64,000 nt of DNA from Alphaproteobacteria bacterium (GCA_963555825.3 CAUVXB020000001.1:384001-448000); one strand, 5' to 3'. Shown: positions 43,267 through 53,720, counted from the first letter of the stretch. The notes: generated from the sequence alone by a model not told the origin. Numbers and translations: made by a program.

Positions 43267-43369
43267 CCGTCTAGCAGGCGGGAACTTCGCCCGACGAGAA
43301 GTGGCCGACCAGCACGATGTCGAACCAGTGGTCCCAGTCTGCCTTGCCGGTCAGCGGCGCGAGCCGCCG

Positions 43370-44560
43370 CTACAGCACCTCGAGGTCGCGTGGTGATTCG
43401 GTGATCACCTCGGTGCCGGTCTCGGTGACCAGCACCGAATCGCCGACCCGCGCGCCGAATACACCGGGCACGGTGATGCCGCCGTCGACGGCGAATAGCA
43501 TGCCGGCCTCGAGCGGTGTCGTGTCGCCTTGCTTGAGCTCGGGCTGCTCGAGCGAGGAATAGCCGAGCGCGCGGCCGGTTCGGTACGACGGCTCGAAGCC
43601 GCCGGCGCGGTAAACCTCGACCGCCGCGGCGTTGACGTCTTGCGCCGTCACGCCCGGCCGCATGGCGGCGATCGCCGCCTGCTGCGCGGCGACGCAGACT
43701 TCGTAGGTGCGCGCCGTCCCGTCGTCGACCTCGCCGACGAAATATTCGCGGTCGTAGCCCAGCTTGAACTGTTTGAAATGCGCGATCGGGCAGAAGCACA
43801 TGTAGACCGGGTCGCCGCGCTCGATCGGCCGGACGCGCGGGTGCAGGTGGACATAGCTGGTGAAGTGACCCGACTGCAGCACCTGGAGATTGTGGATCAT
43901 CGGCGACATCAGCGCGCCGAGGTCCTCGGCGGCGATGATCTCGGCCGCTTTGCGCGTGCCGGCGGCGATGCAGGCGAGCGAGACCTCGTACTCGGGCACG
44001 CCCTCGCCGATCGCCGACTTGCCGGCGGCGCCCATGGCGACGGCCACCCGGCCGGCCTGGCGGATCATGGCGATCTCCTCCGGCCCCTTGATCACGCGCA
44101 GCCGCGCGATGACCTCGGTCGCATCCGACAGCCGCTCGGCATGCGGACCGGCGCGCAGGAAGTCGGCGATGACCGCCGGCACGTCGAACCATTCGAGGCC
44201 GATCCGCGCGCCGGGGCTCGATCCGAGCACGGCGGCGAGCGGCTCGCGCCATTCGCCGCCGTCGCCGTCGGTGTAGCCGCGCAGGTCTTCGACCCAGGTC
44301 ATCGCCTGGCACATCGGCATTTCCATCAGCGGGGTGATCAGCGTCGGCGCGCCGTCCTTGGGCACGACGGCGATGGTCGGGCGGCCGAATTCCATGCCGA
44401 GATCGCCCCAATAGCCGGTCAGGTAGTAGATCGAATCGACATTGGTCACGACCATGACGTCGACGCCTGCCTCGGCGAGCCGGCGCTGCAGCCGCTCGGT
44501 GTGCGTGCGAAACAGGGCCAAGAGCGCGCGCTCGGTGATCGGATGCTGCAAATCGCTCAT
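43370..44560 (-). CDS. M24 pita-bread fold hydrolase (creatinase/Xaa-Pro peptidase-like)
   Basis: SIYYLTGY, RVIKGPEEI, GARVGDSVLVTE..EVIT; canonical metal ligands are substituted. Confidence 0.85.
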   Translation of the reverse strand: MSDLQHPITERALLALFRTHTERLQRRLAEAGVDVMVVTNVDSIYYLTGYWGDLGMEFGRPTIAVVPKDGAPTLITPLMEMPMCQAMTWVEDLRGYTDGDGGEWREPLAAVLGSSPGARIGLEWFDVPAVIADFLRAGPHAERLSDATEVIARLRVIKGPEEIAMIRQAGRVAVAMGAAGKSAIGEGVPEYEVSLACIAAGTRKAAEIIAAEDLGALMSPMIHNLQVLQSGHFTSYVHLHPRVRPIERGDPVYMCFCPIAHFKQFKLGYDREYFVGEVDDGTARTYEVCVAAQQAAIAAMRPGVTAQDVNAAAVEVYRAGGFEPSYRTGRALGYSSLEQPELKQGDTTPLEAGMLFAVDGGITVPGVFGARVGDSVLVTETGTEVITESPRDLEVL

Positions 44561-44662
44561 CGGGTCGCGTCCTTTGCTTGATGCTCGTTCGCGATCGACG
44601 CTATAGCTTTACGGGACAGGCCGACAGCGCAAATTTCGACCGGACCAAGGAGGCGAGGGGAC

Positions 44663-45676
44663 ATGACGAAAGCGGCAACCAAGGTCACCACGGAAATCGA
44701 CTTCGAGGCCGACGGCAAGCACCACGGCACCTTCAACGTGCCGCATTCGCGGAACGATTCGGCGTGGGGCGCGGTGCGCGTGCCGATGACTGTGATCAAG
44801 AACGGCGACGGCCCGACGCTGCTGTTCACGGGCGGCAACCACGGCGACGAATACGAGGGGCCGATCGCGCTGATGAAGCTGGCGCGCTGGCTCGAGCCCG
44901 GCGCGATGCGCGGCCGGGTGATCATCATCCCGGCGCTCAACTACCCCGCCGTCAAGGCCGGCACGCGGGTCTCGCCGATCGACGACATCAACATGAACCG
45001 CGCCTTCCCGGGTAAACGCGACGGCACGGTCACCAAGATGATCGCGCATTACGTCGATAGCCAGTTGGTGCCGATGGCCGACGCGGTGGTCGATATCCAT
45101 TCGGGCGGCAAGACGTTGATGTTTTCGCCCTTCGCCTGCATCCATGCGTTCGACGATGTCGAGGCGATGGCGCGCGCCCGCGCCGCGCTGGCCGCATTCG
45201 ATGCGCCGATCAACCTGGTGCTGGTCGAGCTCGACGCCGAAGGCATGCTCGACACCTCGGTCGAGGCGGCGGGCAAGGTCTTCGTCGGCACCGAGCTCGG
45301 CGGCGGCGGTTCGGCGATCGCCGAATATGTCGCGATCGCCGAGACCGGCGTGCGCAACCTGCTGTGCCACTTCGGCGTCATCGACGGCGAGGTCTCGACG
45401 CGCGAGAGCCGCGGCTTGGCGCCGAGCCGGACGATGGACACCGCCGAGCCCGGCTGCTATGTGCTCGCCGACGACGCCGGCATCTACGAGCCGCTGGTCG
45501 ACCTCGGCGCCGAGGTCGCCGCCGGCGACCCTCTCGGCCAGGTGCACGTCGTCGAGCGGCTCGATCGGCCCCCCACGGTCTACCACGCCGGGCATGCCGG
45601 CACGGTGATCGGCCGTCACCACCCCGGCCTGATCCAGCCCGGCGACTTCCTCGCGCTCGTCGCGTACGACGTTTAG
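44663..45676 (+). CDS. doeB: N(2)-acetyl-L-2,4-diaminobutyrate deacetylase (DoeB/EutE-like)
   Basis: HSRNDSAWG, GGNHGDEYEGP, NMNRAFPG, DIHSGGKTL, TELGGGG. Confidence 0.82.
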   Translation: MTKAATKVTTEIDFEADGKHHGTFNVPHSRNDSAWGAVRVPMTVIKNGDGPTLLFTGGNHGDEYEGPIALMKLARWLEPGAMRGRVIIIPALNYPAVKAGTRVSPIDDINMNRAFPGKRDGTVTKMIAHYVDSQLVPMADAVVDIHSGGKTLMFSPFACIHAFDDVEAMARARAALAAFDAPINLVLVELDAEGMLDTSVEAAGKVFVGTELGGGGSAIAEYVAIAETGVRNLLCHFGVIDGEVSTRESRGLAPSRTMDTAEPGCYVLADDAGIYEPLVDLGAEVAAGDPLGQVHVVERLDRPPTVYHAGHAGTVIGRHHPGLIQPGDFLALVAYDV

Positions 45677-45714
45677 GAGATGGTCATCGCCCACGACCTG
45701 TTCCGGCTCTAACC

Positions 45715-46908
45715 ATGCGCGGTACGACGACGACACCGGTTGGCGAACGCCACGGCCCGCTGCTCGCCATGTTCGCGCTCGGCCACATGGCGAACGACTG
45801 GGCGCCGGGGGCGATGTGGATCATCGCGCCGGCGATCGCCGCGGCGATGGGTCTCTCGCCCGCCGAGATCGGCATCCTGTTCGCCATCAAGGGCACCGGC
45901 GCGGCGCTCGCGTTCCTGCCGGCGGGCGTGCTGGCCGACCGGGTCGCCAATCGCGGTGGCCTGTTGCTGGGTACTTTTTGGTGGGTCGCGATCGGCTATT
46001 TCGTCTCGTCGCTGGCGCCCGAGTTTTGGAGCCTCGCGCTTCTGCTCGCGCTGGCCAATGTCGGCGACGCGGCCTGGCACCCGGTCGCGACCGGCGTGCT
46101 CGCCCAGCGCATGCCGAGCCGCCGCGCCCAGGCGCTCGGCATTCACGCGGTCGGCGGCACGCTGGCCGAGGTGCTGGCGCCGCTCGCCACCGGGCTTCTG
46201 CTGACCTTCGTCGACTGGCGCGCGGCGATCATGCTCGCCGGCGTCCCGGCGCTGTTGATGGGGCTGGTCTTCATCCGCTACGCCGCGACGGTGCCGCGCT
46301 CGGGCGACGTGGCGATCTCGCGCGCCGACTTCGGCCAGCTGTTGCACGTGTGGCGTGGTCGCGAGGGCCTCGGCATGATCGCCATGGTCGGCGCCTACTC
46401 CATGGCGCTGATGGCGGCGCTCAGCATGACCCCGCTGTTCCTCATCGACGTGCACGGCGCCAGCGTGGCGACCGCGGGCGTCGTGTTTGCGGCGATGAGC
46501 CTCGTTGGCGCCATTGCGCAGCCCGTTCTCGGGTGGTTTTCGGACGCCATCGGCCGCCGCCCGTTGTTCATCGCGGGCAACGCGATCGCGGCGCTGGCCG
46601 CCGTCGTTGTCGTGCTGGCGCCCGGATTGCCCGTCGCGGTGCCCGCATTGATCGTCGCCGCCGGCGCGCTGATCGGCGTGCGTTCGTGCGTGCTCGCCGC
46701 GGCGGTCGAATTATCGGCCAAGCGCGAGGCGACGACGCTGGGCTTCACCTTCTCGCTGATGGACGGGCTCGGCGCTCTGGGCGCTCTGGTCGCCGGCGCG
46801 GTCGGCAACATCGACCTGCACTACGCCTTCCTGGTGACGGCGGTGCTGGCCGCCGCCGCCGGCGCCACGGCGCTGGCCGCGCCCTTCGGCGCGACAAGCG
46901 CGCGGTAA
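45715..46908 (+). CDS. MFS transporter
   Basis: About 12 hydrophobic segments; GVLADR and GWFSDAIGRR motifs. Confidence 0.9.
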   Translation: MRGTTTTPVGERHGPLLAMFALGHMANDWAPGAMWIIAPAIAAAMGLSPAEIGILFAIKGTGAALAFLPAGVLADRVANRGGLLLGTFWWVAIGYFVSSLAPEFWSLALLLALANVGDAAWHPVATGVLAQRMPSRRAQALGIHAVGGTLAEVLAPLATGLLLTFVDWRAAIMLAGVPALLMGLVFIRYAATVPRSGDVAISRADFGQLLHVWRGREGLGMIAMVGAYSMALMAALSMTPLFLIDVHGASVATAGVVFAAMSLVGAIAQPVLGWFSDAIGRRPLFIAGNAIAALAAVVVVLAPGLPVAVPALIVAAGALIGVRSCVLAAAVELSAKREATTLGFTFSLMDGLGALGALVAGAVGNIDLHYAFLVTAVLAAAAGATALAAPFGATSAR

Positions 46909-47010
46909 CCGCCGGATGTTGCGCGCGGCTCCGGGGTTCTTCCTGAGTTGTCCTGGCGTCGGCCCGGGCGTACTGTCGGTGATCGCCTTCTGCACTCATG
47001 AGAGGGAAGG

Positions 47011-47397
47011 ATGATGCTGAAGAACCTCCTGAAGCTTTTCAAAAAGAGCCCCGAGGGTCAGGACAGGCGCCGCGAGCCGCGCGAGACGATCGAGGACGGC
47101 GAGGTCGAGATCAGAGGGCGGACCTACCGCCTGAACGATTGGACGCCGCGCGCGTTCATGGCCAAACCCTGCGATGTCGACTGCAATATTACCGACCGAC
47201 TCGAGGTCACCGTCCGCATCCGTTATCCGGACAAGAATATCGAGTTCGCCAGCCGCGCCATCGTCGTCCGGATCGACAAGGAAGGACAGGAACTCGCGGC
47301 CTATTTCGCGATGCTCGACGAAGCGGCCGAGACCGTGATCGCCAACCACTTCGGCGACGGCACGCAGACCTTGGACGACTTGCTCGGCGACGGCTGA
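47011..47397 (+). CDS. PilZ-like protein, paralogue of 41936-42289
   Basis: RRREPR, degenerate DWTPRA, AIVVRID..LAAYF. Confidence 0.65.
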   Translation: MMLKNLLKLFKKSPEGQDRRREPRETIEDGEVEIRGRTYRLNDWTPRAFMAKPCDVDCNITDRLEVTVRIRYPDKNIEFASRAIVVRIDKEGQELAAYFAMLDEAAETVIANHFGDGTQTLDDLLGDG

Positions 47398-47434
47398 GCC
47401 TTGGTATAAAAGGCCGGCGGCACCGAACGTGGCT

Positions 47435-48067
47435 TCAGTGCTCGGCGATCCCGCGAAACGCCTCGGCGCCCCATAGGTCCTCGATCCGGTCGTCGCGGCC
47501 GCATCGGTAGCGGTAGAAATTGTAGCGAATCGGGTTCTTTTCGTAATAGTCCTGGTGATACCCCTCGGCCGGATAGAACGGCCCGGCGAGCTCGATCGGG
47601 GTGACGATCGGCCGGTCGAGCATGGCGGACGCTTCCAGCGCGCGCTTGGATTCCTCGGCCAATCGCTTCTGTTCCGCAGAATTCGCAAAGATGGCGGTCT
47701 GATAACTCTCGCCGCGGTCGCAAAACTGGCCGCCGCCGTCGGTCGGGTCGACGCTGCGCCAGAAGACGTCGAGCAGCGTGGCATACGATGTCTTGGTCGG
47801 GTCGTAGACGATGCGCACGGCCTCGCGGTGCCCGGTGCCGCCGGCGCTGACCCGCTTGTACGTCGGGTCGACCAGATCGCCGCCGGTGTAGCCCGAGGTC
47901 GTGCTGACGACGCCGGGGACATAGTCGAAGTCGGATTCCACACACCAGAAACAACCGCCGGCGAAGGTCGCGGCCTCGAGGCCGTCCTCGGCGGCGCGCG
48001 CGATCGACGCGGTGGTCAACGCCGAAAGCGCCATGGCGAAGCTGACGAGAAGAATTTTTCGAGGCAT
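47435..48067 (-). CDS. msrA: peptide methionine sulfoxide reductase A, exported
   Basis: Signal peptide, FAGGCFWC, SGYTGG, FYPAEGYHQDYY. Confidence 0.95.
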   Translation of the reverse strand: MPRKILLVSFAMALSALTTASIARAAEDGLEAATFAGGCFWCVESDFDYVPGVVSTTSGYTGGDLVDPTYKRVSAGGTGHREAVRIVYDPTKTSYATLLDVFWRSVDPTDGGGQFCDRGESYQTAIFANSAEQKRLAEESKRALEASAMLDRPIVTPIELAGPFYPAEGYHQDYYEKNPIRYNFYRYRCGRDDRIEDLWGAEAFRGIAEH

Positions 48068-48318
48068 CGGATGGCACTCCCTGAATCGACGAGCGGTCAT
48101 TTGCGTTGTCGTCCTAGGTGGGGGGTCGATCGGCGAATGCGAGTCGATCTCGCGGAATTTTGATCTCGGCGTGGACGATCCCGAGAAAGCGGCGGACAAT
48201 TTCGATACTCATCTTCGCTTTGCAAAACGCTTTTTCTGCGCCATGACTGCCTTCGCTGTTGCGTGCCCTGGTGGCGCGCGTAGGTTACGACGAGGGGCTC
48301 GATAAGGAGCGGCCGGTC

Positions 48319-49350
48319 ATGCGGTTTAGCGTGTTTCTTTCCTGTCATCTGTTGGATGTCAGCTATCCGCCCGAGCGGCTCTATGCCGAGATGCTCGAGC
48401 AGGCCGCGCTTGCCGAGAACCTCGGCTTCGACGGGCTGTCGTTGCCCGAGCATCATCTGGTCAACGTATTGATGAACCCGAACCCCCTGATGTTCGCGGT
48501 CAAGCTTGCGTCGGTGACCGAGCGGCTGCCGATCACCACGGCGGTCCTGGTGCTGCCGTTCCACGACATGCGCCGGCTGGCCGGCGACATCGCGCTCGCC
48601 GACATGCTGATCGGCGGCGAGCGGCTCGAGCTGGGTTGCGGGCGCGGCGCCTTCGCCTACGAGTTCGGCCGCTTCGGCGTACCGGTCGAGACCAGCCGCG
48701 CGGTGTTCGACGAATCGCTCGACGTGCTCGAGGCGCTGCTGAGCGGCGCGGACGTCGCCTGGGACGGCGATTACTACCAGTTCGAGCCGCTGACCATCAT
48801 GCCGCGCCCGTTGCGCAAGCCGCGCATCTGGATCGCCGCGCTCGGCCCCGAGGCGATCTATCACTGCGCGCGCAAGGGCTACGACGTGCAGACCACGCCG
48901 CTGCGCGGCGGCTTCGAGCTCGGCAAGAAGCAGGCCGCGGCGTTCCACCGCGGCAAGGCCGAGACCGCGGTCCCGATCGAGCTCTCGATGCTGCGCTCGG
49001 CCTATGTCGCGAGCAACGAGGCGGACGCCTGGGCGAAGCGCGAGATCGCCTAAGATTACGGCCGGCGCTTCACCAACGCCTTCGAGACGCCGGGCACGGT
49101 CACGGCCGGCGAGCTGGAGCTGATCGAGCTGGCCTACACGCTCGAGGACGCCGCCAAGCAGCTCATCGTCGGCACCGAGGCCGAGATCACCGACAAGATC
49201 GGCGCCTACGTCGATCTCGGCATGGACGAGATCGCGCTCGACATGCACTTGGGCATCGCGCACCGCGACGTCATGGCGTCGATGGAGCGCTTCGCCGCCA
49301 AGGTGATGCCGCAGTTCAAAGACACGCCCAGGCTGGTCGATGCGGGGTAG
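48319..49350 (+). pseudogene. LLM-class flavin-dependent monooxygenase with internal ochre stop
   Basis: PEHH, ELGCGRG; TAA at 49051-49053, same frame continues DYGRRF..SMERFAAKVMPQF to TAG 49350. Confidence 0.85.
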
Positions 49351-49433
49351 TTGAGCGTATCCTCGCGCTTGACCGACAACCCACGCAGGGGTTTCATGGA
49401 GCCAATCGCGTTCGTCGAGGAATGAGAGCCATC

Positions 49434-50537
49434 ATGGCGACCACCGACTACAAGCTCATCGAGCATCCGGGCGCCTGGAGGGCGACCGATTTCGAGGGCA
49501 AGGACGACCTCGCCATCGACCTCGAACCGCGCCACGTCGCGGCGCTCGAGGCAGCGCTCGCCAGCGTGCATGACGCGGGCATCGCGCTCGACGACATCAC
49601 GCGCGAGAGCTTCCCGCTCGACGACATCGCGGCCGACATCGCGGCGTGGCGCGAAGAGGTGATGGAGGGGCGCGGCATCGTCTTGCTGCGCGGCTTTCCG
49701 ATCGACGGGCATTCGGTCGAGAGCATCGGGCTGATGTATTTCGGCCTCGGCGCGCATTTCGGCCATGCGCTGTCGCAGAGCGTGATGGGCGACCGGCTGG
49801 GCCATGTCGTCAACATCGGCGACAAGGATTCGCGCGAGCGCGCCTACCGCAACAGCCGCGAATTAACGCCGCACACCGACGCCAGCGACCTGATCGCCAT
49901 GCTGTGCCTGCAGCCGGCCACGTCGGGTGGGTTCAGCGGCTATGCCAGCATCTACGCGATTTACAACGAACTGGTCCGGCACAACCCGGACTATCTCGAG
50001 GTCTTGTTCCGGGGCTTTCCCTACCACCGCTTCGGCGAGCAGGAGCCAGGCGAGCCGCCGGTCACGACCCATGACGTGCCGATCCTGTCGTGGTGCGAGG
50101 GCCGGCTGAGCGGCGCCTATATCCGCGCCTACATGGAGATGGGCCTCGAAGAGTTGGGCCGCGCGATGAGCGAGCATGAGCGCGCCGCGCTCGATGCCCT
50201 CGACGACTTGAGCTGCAGCGACGACCTGCTGTTCCAGACTCTGCTCGAGCCGGGCGAGATGACGATCATCAACAACTACACGGTGATGCACACGCGCACC
50301 GGCTTCGAGGACGACGACGACCCGGCCAAGAAGCGTCATCTCTTGCGGCTCTGGCTGTCGGCTCACGAGCCGCGCCCGGTGGTCCAAGGCGTGCGCCGCT
50401 ACGATCTGCACAAGAAGGGCATCGCCGTTCAGGCCGGGCAGACGACCTACTACACCGGCGAGACGCCGACCGTCGAGGTGCCGCGGCCCACCGCGCGCGG
50501 TGCAATCCACGTCGCCGACCGCGGCATCACCGGTTGA
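49434..50537 (+). CDS. TauD/TfdA family 2OG-Fe(II) dioxygenase
   Basis: GIVLLRGF, PHTD, NNYTVMHTR, RHLLRLW. Confidence 0.9.
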   Translation: MATTDYKLIEHPGAWRATDFEGKDDLAIDLEPRHVAALEAALASVHDAGIALDDITRESFPLDDIAADIAAWREEVMEGRGIVLLRGFPIDGHSVESIGLMYFGLGAHFGHALSQSVMGDRLGHVVNIGDKDSRERAYRNSRELTPHTDASDLIAMLCLQPATSGGFSGYASIYAIYNELVRHNPDYLEVLFRGFPYHRFGEQEPGEPPVTTHDVPILSWCEGRLSGAYIRAYMEMGLEELGRAMSEHERAALDALDDLSCSDDLLFQTLLEPGEMTIINNYTVMHTRTGFEDDDDPAKKRHLLRLWLSAHEPRPVVQGVRRYDLHKKGIAVQAGQTTYYTGETPTVEVPRPTARGAIHVADRGITG

Positions 50538-50598
50538 GTATGGAACGCTGGTTAAGTGTGGAACGCTCGCCGGCCTCGGTGGCGCCGCAGCCAATATT

Positions 50599-50654
50599 GG
50601 GGTCAGACTCCTTTATTATACATTTAGAACAATGGATTAAAAATAAGTCTGACC
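50599..50654. repeat. GGGGTCAGACT...AGTCTGACC inverted repeat around an AT-rich core
   Basis: Perfect 9-bp IR at 50601-50609 and 50646-50654, between convergent genes. Confidence 0.6.
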
Positions 50655-50689
50655 ACGTTACATAAGTCTGGCGGTGAGGCCGCGCGGGC

Positions 50690-51715
50690 CTAATCGCCCC
50701 AGATGGTCGCCAGCGCGCGGACCAGGTTCTCGCCCAGCAGGCCGCGGATGTCGGCCTCTGGCCAGCCCTTCTGTTCGAGTGCGGCGACCACGTTGACGAG
50801 CTCGGCGTGCGAGGAACACCCGGTGAGGTAACGGTTGCGGACGTCGTTGCCGAAGGCGGCGGCATAGGCGCCGATCATCGCCGGATAGCGCTTCGCCGTC
50901 TGCCCGGTGATATGGGCGACGGCGTCGAGGTCGGCGACCGCCGGCAGGTCGGTGCCGATGGCGACGTGGCCGACGCCGGCGACGCCGGCGATATGCTCCA
51001 GGTGGCGGATGAAATCGTCGATCGCCGGCGGGTACGCGGGGTCGCCGTCCCAGCACATCGGACCGTAAATGCTGACGCCGACCGTGCCGCCCGACTGCGC
51101 CACGGCGGCGATCAGCGCGTCGGATTTGTTGCGCGGGTTGTCCGACACCGCGCGCGCGTTGGCGTGGGTGATCAGCACGGGCTTCGCACTCGCCTCGACG
51201 ACGTCGCGCGCGGTGCGCTCACCGACGTGGCTGAGATCGATGGCGATGCCGAGCGCGTTCATCGACGCGACCGCGCGGCCGCCCAGCGCGCTCAGGCCGC
51301 CGTCGTCGGGCTCGAGGCAGCCGTCGCCCATGAAGTTCCGGAAGTTGTAGGTCGGCTGCATGATGCGCAGACCGAGCCGGTGGAACAAGGCGAGCCGGTC
51401 GAGGTCGTCGCCGATCGGCCGCATGTTCTGCCAGCCCATGATCAGGCCAACCTTGCCGTCGGCGCGCGCCGCCGCGATGTCGGCGGCGCTCTCGATCAGG
51501 CGCCACGGGCTGTCGGGCTGGCCGAGACGGGCGTGCCAGCCGGCGAGCTGTTCGCAGGAGGTCTCGAAATCGCCCTCGAAGTGGCTGACCGTCAGATTGA
51601 TCGCCGCGACGTTGCCGGCGCGCAAGCCCTCGACCCCACCGTCGCTGAAGAACACCAGCCCGTCGACGACCAACACGTCGTCGGCGAAACCGCCCGCCGG
51701 GGCGACGACCGTCAT
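50690..51715 (-). CDS. membrane dipeptidase (M19) family amidohydrolase
   Basis: QPTYN, IDLSHVG, ITHAN..NPRNKSD, IGTD, LGEN. Confidence 0.9.
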   Translation of the reverse strand: MTVVAPAGGFADDVLVVDGLVFFSDGGVEGLRAGNVAAINLTVSHFEGDFETSCEQLAGWHARLGQPDSPWRLIESAADIAAARADGKVGLIMGWQNMRPIGDDLDRLALFHRLGLRIMQPTYNFRNFMGDGCLEPDDGGLSALGGRAVASMNALGIAIDLSHVGERTARDVVEASAKPVLITHANARAVSDNPRNKSDALIAAVAQSGGTVGVSIYGPMCWDGDPAYPPAIDDFIRHLEHIAGVAGVGHVAIGTDLPAVADLDAVAHITGQTAKRYPAMIGAYAAAFGNDVRNRYLTGCSSHAELVNVVAALEQKGWPEADIRGLLGENLVRALATIWGD

Positions 51716-51733
51716 GTCATGCCCCGGACCCGC

Positions 51734-52153
51734 TCACCACTCGCCGGTGTTCGCCATCGAGGCCCAGGGTTCCTGGGCGGGCAGCGCGTCGCCGACCTGC
51801 AAAAGCTCGACCGAGATGTCGTCGGGCGAGCGAATGAAGGCCATGTGGCCGTCGCGCGGTGGCCGGTTGATGGTGACGCCGGCGTCCATCAACTTCTGGC
51901 AGGTCTCGTAGATGTTGCTGACCGCGTAGGCGAGGTGGCCGAAGTTGCGGCCGCCGTCCATCTCTTCCGGATCGTAGTTGTAGGTCAGTTCGACCTGCGC
52001 CTCGTGATCGCCCGGCGCGGCGAGCATGACCAGCGTGAAGCGGTGTTCGGGATAGTCGTAGCGGACGACCTCCTCGAGCCCCAGCTTGTTACAATAGAAG
52101 TCCATCGACGCGTCGAGGTCAGCGACGCGGACCATGGTGTGCAGATACTTCAA
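51734..52153 (-). CDS. gloA: lactoylglutathione lyase (glyoxalase I)
   Basis: YLHTMVRV, ELTYNYD, NFGHLAY, RPPRDGHMAFIRSPD; TTG start after GGAGG. Confidence 0.88.
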   Translation of the reverse strand: MKYLHTMVRVADLDASMDFYCNKLGLEEVVRYDYPEHRFTLVMLAAPGDHEAQVELTYNYDPEEMDGGRNFGHLAYAVSNIYETCQKLMDAGVTINRPPRDGHMAFIRSPDDISVELLQVGDALPAQEPWASMANTGEW

Positions 52154-52467
52154 GGCTTCCTCCCGTTGATGACGTGTCGCCCCCTTAATGGGGCGCAACC
52201 ATGTCGCCCCGTGAAGGGCCGCAACTATGGACCAAGGCCCGAAACGTTGCAATTGCCGGCACCCATAAATCCGGATGGCGGGGCGGGCCTGCGGCGTGAT
52301 ATTCTGCGGCCATGAGATCGAAGGAAGAATATCGCCCTCCCTGCCGCGCCCGGTGACGTGGCGCCGCCGCCCGCGCGCGGGCGGATCGGCCGCCGTTATC
52401 TGCCGTCCCGCAGGCAATCGCCGTCGGGACGATACCGGGATCGAGCAATTCGGGTGGTGTGGTCGAG

Positions 52468-53607
52468 ATGAACAGATCAATTGATGATTTTTACGGCGCC
52501 GAGGCGCTGGCGCGGGTCAGGGGCGACAACGGTCTGGCGAGCCGGCCGCCGACGGTCGCCTACCGCGACACCGACTACCTGAAGTTCGAATACGACCGCT
52601 GGCTGAGCCGGACCTGGCTGTTCGTCGGGCGGGCGCATGAATTGCCCAACCCGGGCGACGCGAAGCCGGTGCCCGGCCCCCCTTATTTCCTGATCCGCAA
52701 CGGCGCCGGTGTGGTCAACTGCTTCCACAACGTCTGCCGCCACCGCGGCAGCGCGTTGATCGACGGTCCGTGCCACAACAAGGACACGGTGGTCTGCCCG
52801 TACCACGCCTGGACCTACGACCTCGACGGTAAACTGGTCGTCGCGCCGCATTTCGGCGGCCACCGGCGCCACACGGCCGACGGCTTCGATCCGGCCGAGT
52901 ACGGCCTGGTCCCGGTGCGCTGCGAGCAATGGCACGACTGGCTGTTCATCAACATCGGCGGTGCGGCCGAGCCGCTCGCCGACTTCGTCGCGCCGCTCGC
53001 CGCCAAGTTCGCCGACGTCGACTTCGGCCGGCTCGATCATTACCTGACGATCGACGTCGGCCGCGTGCCGGCCAACTGGAAGGTCTGCGTCGAGAACACC
53101 ATGGAGCCCTATCACGTGCCGGTCGTCCACAAGGAGAGCGCGGCCGGCCAGCCGCTGGCGCTTCACACCATGGTCGCCGACGGGCCGGTCACCGGCTGCG
53201 CGATCGACATCGAGGGCTCCGACTACACCAACGCGCCGGGCGACAATTCGCTCGACAACCTCGACATGAGCGCGCGCTATCTGCTGCGCGCGCCCAATTT
53301 CTTCCTGACGTCGTACGCGCCCGACAAGATGATCGACACGATGATCGTGCCCGATGCGCGCGACCCGGCGGTCTGCTGGCTGCAGAACGCCTGGTACACG
53401 ACCTCGGGCGCGACGCTGAGTGCGGCCGAAGTCGAGCAGTGGCGCGTGCTCGAGGAACGGGTAGCCGCCGAGGACATCGGCGTCATGGCGGGCGTGCAGC
53501 AAGGCATGGCGTCGCCCATTGCCGACGACGGCGGCGTGCTCTCGCCGGCCTTCGAATCCTGCCTGACGGCGTTCTACGGCAATATGCTCGAGGCGTTCGA
53601 CAGCTGA
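52468..53607 (+). CDS. Rieske oxygenase alpha subunit (choline monooxygenase-like)
   Basis: NVCRHRG..CPYHAW, NWK..EN..EPYHVPVVH, EDI. Confidence 0.92.
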   Translation: MNRSIDDFYGAEALARVRGDNGLASRPPTVAYRDTDYLKFEYDRWLSRTWLFVGRAHELPNPGDAKPVPGPPYFLIRNGAGVVNCFHNVCRHRGSALIDGPCHNKDTVVCPYHAWTYDLDGKLVVAPHFGGHRRHTADGFDPAEYGLVPVRCEQWHDWLFINIGGAAEPLADFVAPLAAKFADVDFGRLDHYLTIDVGRVPANWKVCVENTMEPYHVPVVHKESAAGQPLALHTMVADGPVTGCAIDIEGSDYTNAPGDNSLDNLDMSARYLLRAPNFFLTSYAPDKMIDTMIVPDARDPAVCWLQNAWYTTSGATLSAAEVEQWRVLEERVAAEDIGVMAGVQQGMASPIADDGGVLSPAFESCLTAFYGNMLEAFDS

Positions 53608-53720
53608 TCTCGAAGGCGTGCCGTCGGCCGGCACTGTTCGGCACGCCGCGCGGTTGCTAACATGGCCGCCCGGCTGCGGCGCCGCCGTACGCCCGAACAC
53701 CAGCAACCAACGGACGCAAC

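Noticed and set aside
48636-50537. 633-aa ORF as an LLM-TauD fusion
   Set aside because: The upstream part is an off-frame overlap of the LLM gene; TauD homology starts near 49434
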